From positions 43,524,001 through 43,588,000 of the forward strand of contig OX597824.1 in NCBI GenBank assembly GCA_951406725.2: 64,000 nucleotides of DNA, in the 5' to 3' direction. Numbering within the stretch: position 1 is the first letter of the stretch; every line of letters begins with the position of its first letter. Origin of the DNA: Octopus vulgaris (lineage: Eukaryota). Made by a program: the position numbers and the translations under genes. The notes beneath the pieces are model-generated. The model saw nothing but the letters and a program-made list of their open reading frames with translations. It did not search any database and was not told the DNA's origin. Below are positions 56,130-64,000 of the stretch, one piece after another.

Positions 56130-57400
56130 ACACCGGGTGATTGCAACATATTTTTTTTATCTTTCAGCCATTCTGATCAGTTGTGCCGAATGTTTTTGCT
56201 CCATATTCTCTCCCAGAATTCATAAATTGTTGTTGAAGTTCGTGTTCTCTAGTGTTATGTTGTGTTTCGTTGTTGTTTGGGGAGGGTGATGACGTTTGTT
56301 TGTTTTGCATTTTATTAATGTTGTTGTAAATTGTACTGTTGATTTAATTCAAATACCTTGTTCTCCTGGAAGTATTCATGTTTTTCAAAGTGTCTTATCT
56401 TGCATGTTTTTGCTGAAGAGGTTTATTTAAGCTTTCCTTTTGCCTACATAACGTTTTCTTTCTTTCTTGATACTATACTTTTGTTTAGTTGTATTCTGCT
56501 TTTCCTTTACATGTTGGATCCCAGTTTTTCTATTTCACTTGGAAAGGATAGGCTTCGCCTTGTTTAATAATGTTTGTAGTATATTTTCTTCCCAGTTTTG
56601 GTAGTGGGGTTTGGGTTAGAACCTGATTCTATTAAGATCAATCTCAGTTTTCGTTTATATCATCATTGCTACTAAATACATCACTGGACAGAATTTCGTG
56701 TGAGGAGTTCGTTATATTTATTTTTTCTTTGCTTGTTCGTATGTAGCTTGAGCAGATGTTCCCGTTGATCCATGTTTATTGATCTTTTAAATACTTCCCT
56801 CTTTTACTTTTTTCATTGTTTCTTCTTTAACTTTAATTCTAGTAGATCTATTGCGATGTGTACTTTTATTGTCAGTTAAGTATGTGGGTGAGGGTAATCT
56901 TTTGTTTTGGTTGTATATTAAGTTGAATGGTTACACGGGGTATTCTATGGTCGCCATCACCATTTTGGATTTTTGCGTCTGTTGTTGACTAACTAGTTTT
57001 ACGTTAAGATTTTTTTTTGTGTTCTGAGGGCTCATTAATAGTAAGTGTAATTGTCGTCTTTGTGTGCTGCTTTCTGGCCTTTGTGAAGTCTTAAGTATGT
57101 ATTTCGTATGAGATAGGTTGTTATAATATTTTCCTTGTTTTGTGATAGGACATCTTTTTTTATTTGTAATCAATTGTTTTGTTTTATTTCCAGTGTATAT
57201 TCTTTCTACCAGTTTTTCTGTTTCAACATTTGAGAACGCGTTATTGTTTATTGTAAATCTCTGTACACGCGCAAATGAGCTCACATTGACATTTTCTGCC
57301 TATCATGTTTATGTGCTTCCTCCGCAGTTTAAATGCCTCTTTATAGTACTCGTGTGAGCTAGATATGGAACTGTTGTTTAATAAGAATGCGGTGTCCGTT
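56130..57400 (-). mobile_element. Degenerate N-terminal region of an R4/Dong-type LINE ORF
   Basis: Minus strand ..KIRHFEKHEYFQENKVFELNQ.. and FWERIWSKNIRHN*SEW resemble the pre-RT region of these LINEs; same orientation as, and upstream of, the RT fragment. Confidence 0.55.
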
Positions 57401-58559
57401 AGTCTAATGTTCTCTTTTTGTTTGGACCAGTCTTGTATACCAGATAATCAACACAATCTGAAAATAATTTCGTGATATCAACAGTCGATTTTCACAACAA
57501 CGCAAGCGGTGTCTTTGTCATACTTATTAAGTAACCTTATCTCTTCCATTTATGCCTCTGTTTCTACTGTGCCACATATTTTCTTTGGACTAACATAAAT
57601 AGAAGTTGAGATATCTGTTGGAACTTAGTACCATAGCTTTCGGAAGTTGCTACCTGCCAAATGTGGCTGTGAGATTAAAAGTTTCGCTTTGCAGCCATGT
57701 CTTTCTCCTGATAACTTAAACAAATGTTTTCTACAAAAGCCTCAGATTGACCAATACTTTCTGCGTGGAATTAGGTAGACGCAAACTGTGGAGAAACTTA
57801 TCTTGTGTGGGGGTGCATGTATATGTGTATATAGTATTTATCAAAGAATAACAAGATATTTTTTCGCTTAACGTTTTTTCGAACGTGCTCAAGAAATTCG
57901 CATAGAACCTATACATATACACACATACGCACGCGTGTGCGCAATCACACACACACACACACACACAACACACACACACACGAATAAATGACAGAAGTGA
58001 TATGGGAGGAGATTTACAAACAAAGAAATCTATTTTAATTAATTTTGAAGATAATAAATGTTTATCTTTAGAAAATCACCGTTTTGTATATGCACCAAGA
58101 AATTTGATAAAAGATTTATAATTATTGCAGCTCTATGTGCATTTAGTACGGAGAGTGTTTTGTTACAAGTTTGTATCTTCTATGATATTGATGAAACGCT
58201 TACAAACATACGTAGTGCTATTTTCTGCATGTTATGCATAATTTTAAGGGGGAAGTAAGAATGGTAGGATGTGTGAAATTGGGTGGCAATTATAAATCTT
58301 ATGGATTGAGAACAAGTAGGAGGAAAATAACTTCGAAGAAGAATGGACATTACATGCTGTTGCAACCGTAGAAATGTGGAAAATGGGACGCAAAAACAAT
58401 GGCGAGGAGGGGAGGAGTGAAAAGCGAAGGGATGGAAGAAAGAGTGAGAAGTAGAGGTGAAGTCTGACACTTGTGTCTGTGAGATCAGATGATGATGGTG
58501 TTAATGGTTGTATTAAGGGTAATTGTGATGATGTGAGGATGGCATCATCTCTGAAACTC

Positions 58560-58632
<73 letters not shown>

Positions 58633-59157
58633 TATTGTTTATTATACTTGTACGACTGCTTAGTACACAAATGTGCTTAAACAAGTGATTGGTTGTGGCT
58701 TTGTCCGATAAAATGGAAACAAGCGCTAAGCAAACTTACAAAACGGTTCTTTATCTAGTTTCCAGCCAGTGTTGCTCGATGGGAAACTAAAAATTGTGGC
58801 AAAGTATATATCGTATTAAATTATTACTTAAGTAAATTAGTAGCGACCACAGACACCGAAAGTGGCTAACACTACTCTTGACGTGCAAATGCACTTTTTC
58901 TTCTTTATGGCTCATTTACTGTTCAATTTTCAGTCTTTTTGTGCTTTGTTCTGCGTAGTATACATGCACTTTTGTGTAACTGTCTTTCTTTACTTGACTT
59001 ATTACAATTTTCCGTTCCCTCTTTTACTCTTTTTCGATAAGCTCTAATACCCGCGGGGTCAACTTTGCCTTTTACTCTTTCTGGATGGATAAAATAAAGA
59101 GCTAGGTTCGATGTAATCAATTTACACATACCCTAAAAATTGCCGGCCTTGAACCTA

Positions 59158-59261
<104 letters not shown>

Positions 59262-59303
59262 GGTGGTGAGTGGTAATAGTGACTTTTCATTGACAATGTT
59301 TAT

Positions 59304-59342
59304 TTCTAATGATTTTACTTTTTATATCTATTTCAGGTAAGA
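59304..59342 (+). promoter_or_regulatory. Candidate recursive splice site (branch point, pyrimidine tract, CAG|GTAAGA)
   Basis: TTCTAAT..TTTTACTTTTTATATCTATTTCAG directly followed by GTAAGA. Confidence 0.45.
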
Positions 59343-59643
59343 CAACACTTCTCTCTACGTCATACGAAATTTTAAAAAAGCACAAACACAATGATAATGA
59401 ATATAAGGCGATTCAGCGACAATAACAGCAATAACATCCTAATTAACTCGGAATATATCCTGTGATACAAATCAGTAAGATCTTTAAGATTCTGATGTTT
59501 GCTATTATTGATAATTATTTTACAAAGGTATATATATAACAGCCTGTCTCTGTATATCTTTACTAATTGAACTGTAGATACGTAATAATATGTAAGTATG
59601 TGTTAGTATATATATACAACGTCATAAAGAGTCGATACACAAC

Positions 59644-59735
<92 letters not shown>

Positions 59736-59978
59736 AGAATTAATGTTCGATTTATGTTCATAATTTTCCGTAAATATTTCTACTGTATTTTATCGACGAA
59801 TAATGTCGTCTAATGAGTTTTCGACCAATTTGTCTGTCGACTAATTGTTTCTTGGCCATTATAATTTCGACGAATGTATTACTGAAGAGCCGTATTCCAA
59901 GTATGTGTGTGTGTGATAGAGAGAGATAGAGAGAGATGGAGAGAAAGAGAGAGAGTGTGTGTGTGTGTTTTGTGTGTA

Positions 59979-60098
<120 letters not shown>

Positions 60099-60319
60099 AC
60101 TTTTTCCGCCACGCAGTAGACCTGTCTTACAAAATCAAAACTGCATACATACCTAATATGAAATAATTTACTTCTTGCAAACAAGGAATTATTGCCTTAA
60201 ACATATGTGTACTAAATTCTATACTTGTATAATTTATCCTACATTCAAACAAATAGGTACGATGCAAGTTTACGAATACACACACACACACTCACACACA
60301 CATAAGTGTATATATGTAG

Positions 60320-60437
60320 TACCGCTGCGCGGCACCTTGGGCAAATGCTTTCTACTGTAGCCCCGGGCCGACTTAATGCCTTGTGAGTGGTTTTGATAGA
60401 TGGAAAGTTTGTGAAAGCCTGTCATGTGTATGTGTAA

Positions 60438-60440
<3 letters not shown>
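60320..60440 (+). mobile_element. SINE family B, middle fragment
   Basis: CTGCGCGGCACCTTGGGCAAATGCTTTCTACTGTAGCCCCGGGCCGAC..GCCTTGTGAGTGG. Confidence 0.75.
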
Positions 60441-60495
<55 letters not shown>

Positions 60496-61086
60496 GTGTG
60501 CGTGCGTGTGCGTGCGTGCGTGTGCGTGCGTGCGTGTGCGTGCGTGCGTGCGTGTGCGTGTGTTGGTGTGCGTGTATGTGTGTGTGCGTGTGTTTGTGTG
60601 TGTGTCACTGCAAGCAACTGAACAACTAAGCAACTGTTATCACCAGACTAGGAGGCAACTTCACTACTAAACCTTGCCAATAATTACAATAATTAGATTA
60701 ATCCTTGATCAATGCACCCGCCTTAAATATAAAAACAAAACAAATGAAAGTAGAAGTGAAAAAAATGAAAACAACACAGACTTATAGAAAAAACAAATAT
60801 ATATATATATAAAGAACAATTCACACTAACGCATACGCGCAAACACAATCATGAGAGCGTTAAGACACAGATAACAATATATGCACACATACACAACATA
60901 CACTACACATACTCTCGCATACACGCGCACGTACGCACACACACACGCACACACACACATTTACTTGCACACACATATACACAGACGTTAAAACAAAGCA
61001 AGGTCGTTCCGAGGAAATGAAATTAGTGGACAAAGTGGCTGTTTATTGATCGATTGGTTAATTCGTTAATGTGTACACACACGCAT

Positions 61087-61118
<32 letters not shown>

Positions 61119-62230
61119 CATACATACATACATACATACATACATACATACATACATACACATACATACGTAGACACACACAGAGGTGTACAGATAACAC
61201 AAATATATTACAATCACAAATATATTAAAATTTATCAAATATTTGTGTAACTCTATCCCTCCCTTTTTCTTTCTTATTCTACTCTTGTATTATGCTCGCT
61301 TATACATAAACGTGTGCATATGTACGCGCGCATATTTATGCACACATACGAACACAATATGAGAAACATCATTTTTCTTATTTTAAATGCATATATTTAG
61401 AAACGTTCAACGATAGATATGAAATGTTAATGGCAAATCCCTAACTAAAAGATCATTGAGATTATATGAATGAAACGCATACGAACTATAGAGTATATGC
61501 AAAATAATCAAAGCAAAATGCATTACACCAAACTATAAGTTAACACTAAAAGTAATACATCATAGCCCTGTCACTCGCAAGCAAGAATGACTTGGTAGCA
61601 TGCACCATACGTTACTAATTGCTTTACGTGGTAATGAAGCTGAAAACAGATATAAGTAACTTCTCAGCTCTGCCACCCTTGCCTCAGCGAACATTGATGA
61701 TGTGCATAAGAGAATTCCACTAGCATTCAGTTGCTACCCATTTTCAGTTGGATAGTGTGTTGCTCAAGGAAACAACGGACCATCCGATTCAGGAATAGAA
61801 TGCACGATGTTATAGTTGAGAGCCCAACGTTCTAACTAGCAGTCCATGTGCATTCCCATCAATAGTAATAATATTAGGGAACAAAAACTAAAATTGAAAC
61901 CTTTTCTTATCAATACCAAACCACAAGCATGTAAACACGTGAACAAGCCACTAATCAGTGAATAATGTGATTTATAAATTCGATATCAAAAGTGAAAATT
62001 GCAAATTTCCCAGCTACTCTAAATGTTATATTGGCCATATAAGTGGGACACGATATATTTAGAATAATGAGCAACTGCATGTATGTATGTGTATGAGTTA
62101 CAATGTATTATCTGTAACGGACTGCAGCTTCATGTATACAGTCTCAGTCTAGCTAAGCTCCATTACTTCTATCTCTTTCGCCCTCCTCTTTTTACCGCTC
62201 TGTTTTTGTACCTCTTTCTCTCTCTCTCTT

Positions 62231-62262
<32 letters not shown>

Positions 62263-62491
62263 CCTCTCTCTCTCTCTCTCACTCTCTCTCTCTGTTATAA
62301 CTATCCATCTTCATAAATAAATATTAATTTGTCTACACAACTGCATACACCAATCTATATATGCTGCCATCTGTTCTGGAAACCCAGCTTAATCAGTAAT
62401 TATTTTCTGAAGAACCAACTTTTCTGAACACCGAGTAATTATTTTCTGAACAATCCAGTTGTGCTTCAGCTCGGTTGCAATGCACAAATAG

Positions 62492-62533
<42 letters not shown>

Positions 62534-62833
62534 CTTCAAAATGCTATATAGATAAATTTATGAATTACCTAATGAATTGATTAATCTTCTCTAACCCAAC
62601 CGACGCACACAAAGACACACACACAGAGACATACGTGCATGCATATACAGACGTACATACATACGCACATGCATACCTTCTGTATCTGCTGACCTACAAC
62701 TTCTTAAGTACCAGCAGGAATCTACTAGATTTCAACGAAACAGAATTTCTTCTAGGTTTTTGAAATTAGGGCAATTCCTTCTAATGTCTTTTATTTGTCT
62801 CCTACTTTATTTATTTATTTATTTATTTATTTT

Positions 62834-62892
<59 letters not shown>

Positions 62893-63619
62893 GTATTTCA
62901 CTATATCGCTCACTTTGCATGGTATTGCATGGTAGAGCCACGTTCCCAAAACTGAAGGAGTATAATATCCTTGTCCAAAAATCAGAAACAAAACAGTGCC
63001 TAAGACTTTCTATGCCGTGGGATAGAATTGTATAGGTTATGAACTATCGATGTTGTTTCGATTCTAATTTTAAGCCCTTCTTTACACTGCAGCTTTCTTT
63101 GGGAAAGGCATGAAAATTCCATCTTCCAGTTTATCTTATACAAAGTGCACGTTACCTTGTTGTGCCTTATCAAAAGAACTCAGTTTCTAAGGTTGGCTTA
63201 TTTAATTAAGCTGTGCTTTCGATTGACAAATGCAGTCAAGCATAAAGCACTGTATGTGCTGATGAAGAGCCGTGAAACGATTTGAGGTTCATGCCTTTTC
63301 TAACTCTAAAGGATATTGTTGGTTTACCAAAATTTAGGGCTTATGTATCAGTTTACTGCACTTGTTTATCCTTTGTTATAACAACAAGCCACTAAAATAT
63401 TAATTTGAGGGTAAACAACACGAAACAACACATTGGCAACAACACTAACAACGTTAACGACAATAACAAATGACCTTTAATGTCCTTCTCTGTTTCCCAT
63501 TTTTCAATTTTTTAAGTAGATTACTGACCATGAATTCACATACACATTCACGCATGCAGACATATTCATGGATAGATGAATACATGTGCATACATGAAAA
63601 CATCTTGTACACTATATAT

Positions 63620-63675
<56 letters not shown>

Positions 63676-63739
63676 TATAGTGTGGATACACATACTCATG
63701 CATGCCTTCTCAGCACACTAATTTTAGTTTGGAAGCACT

Positions 63740-63773
<34 letters not shown>

Positions 63774-63905
63774 ACGCACACGCACACACACCCACACACA
63801 TACCCGTTCTCATTGTTGAACTTTTTCACTCTGTCTGTCTTAGAATTTATCTATCTATCTTGGTATATATATATATATATATATATGTATATGTATATGT
63901 ATATA

Positions 63906-63989
<84 letters not shown>

Positions 63990-64000
63990 TATATACATAT

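Noticed and set aside
63255-63285. CTGATGAAGAGCCGTGAAACGATT hammerhead-like string
   Set aside because: No stem II or stem I pairing; at best a dead remnant

Overview
AT-rich, microsatellite-saturated eukaryotic DNA with no supportable host protein-coding exon. The repeat content (tRNA-headed SINE families, (TA)n/(CA)n/(GATA)n/(AAT)n tracts) resembles an octopus/cephalopod genome; this is an inference. Nearly all listed ORFs are microsatellite artefacts or decayed transposon fragments. Identifiable elements are: several R4/Dong-type RLE LINE fragments, CR1-group and RTE LINE 3' fragments, a near full-length decayed mariner, two DD37D (maT-like) relics, two MITEs, a non-autonomous Helitron, a probable LTR plus PBS, and many SINEs. 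The most striking unexplained structure is a set of about 9 minimal type I hammerhead ribozyme (HHR) motifs from several unrelated short repeat families. Several of them lie in long fold-back inverted repeats typical of Penelope-like element (PLE) ends. One is a TSD-bounded 1.88-kb insertion (52844-54719) consisting of a tRNA-derived Pol III head, an (AAT)n spacer and an HHR-bearing tail, preceded by an inverted copy of that tail. It looks like a ribozyme-carrying SINE mobilised in Penelope fashion. A candidate recursive splice site (AG|GTAAGA) lies at 59336/59337.
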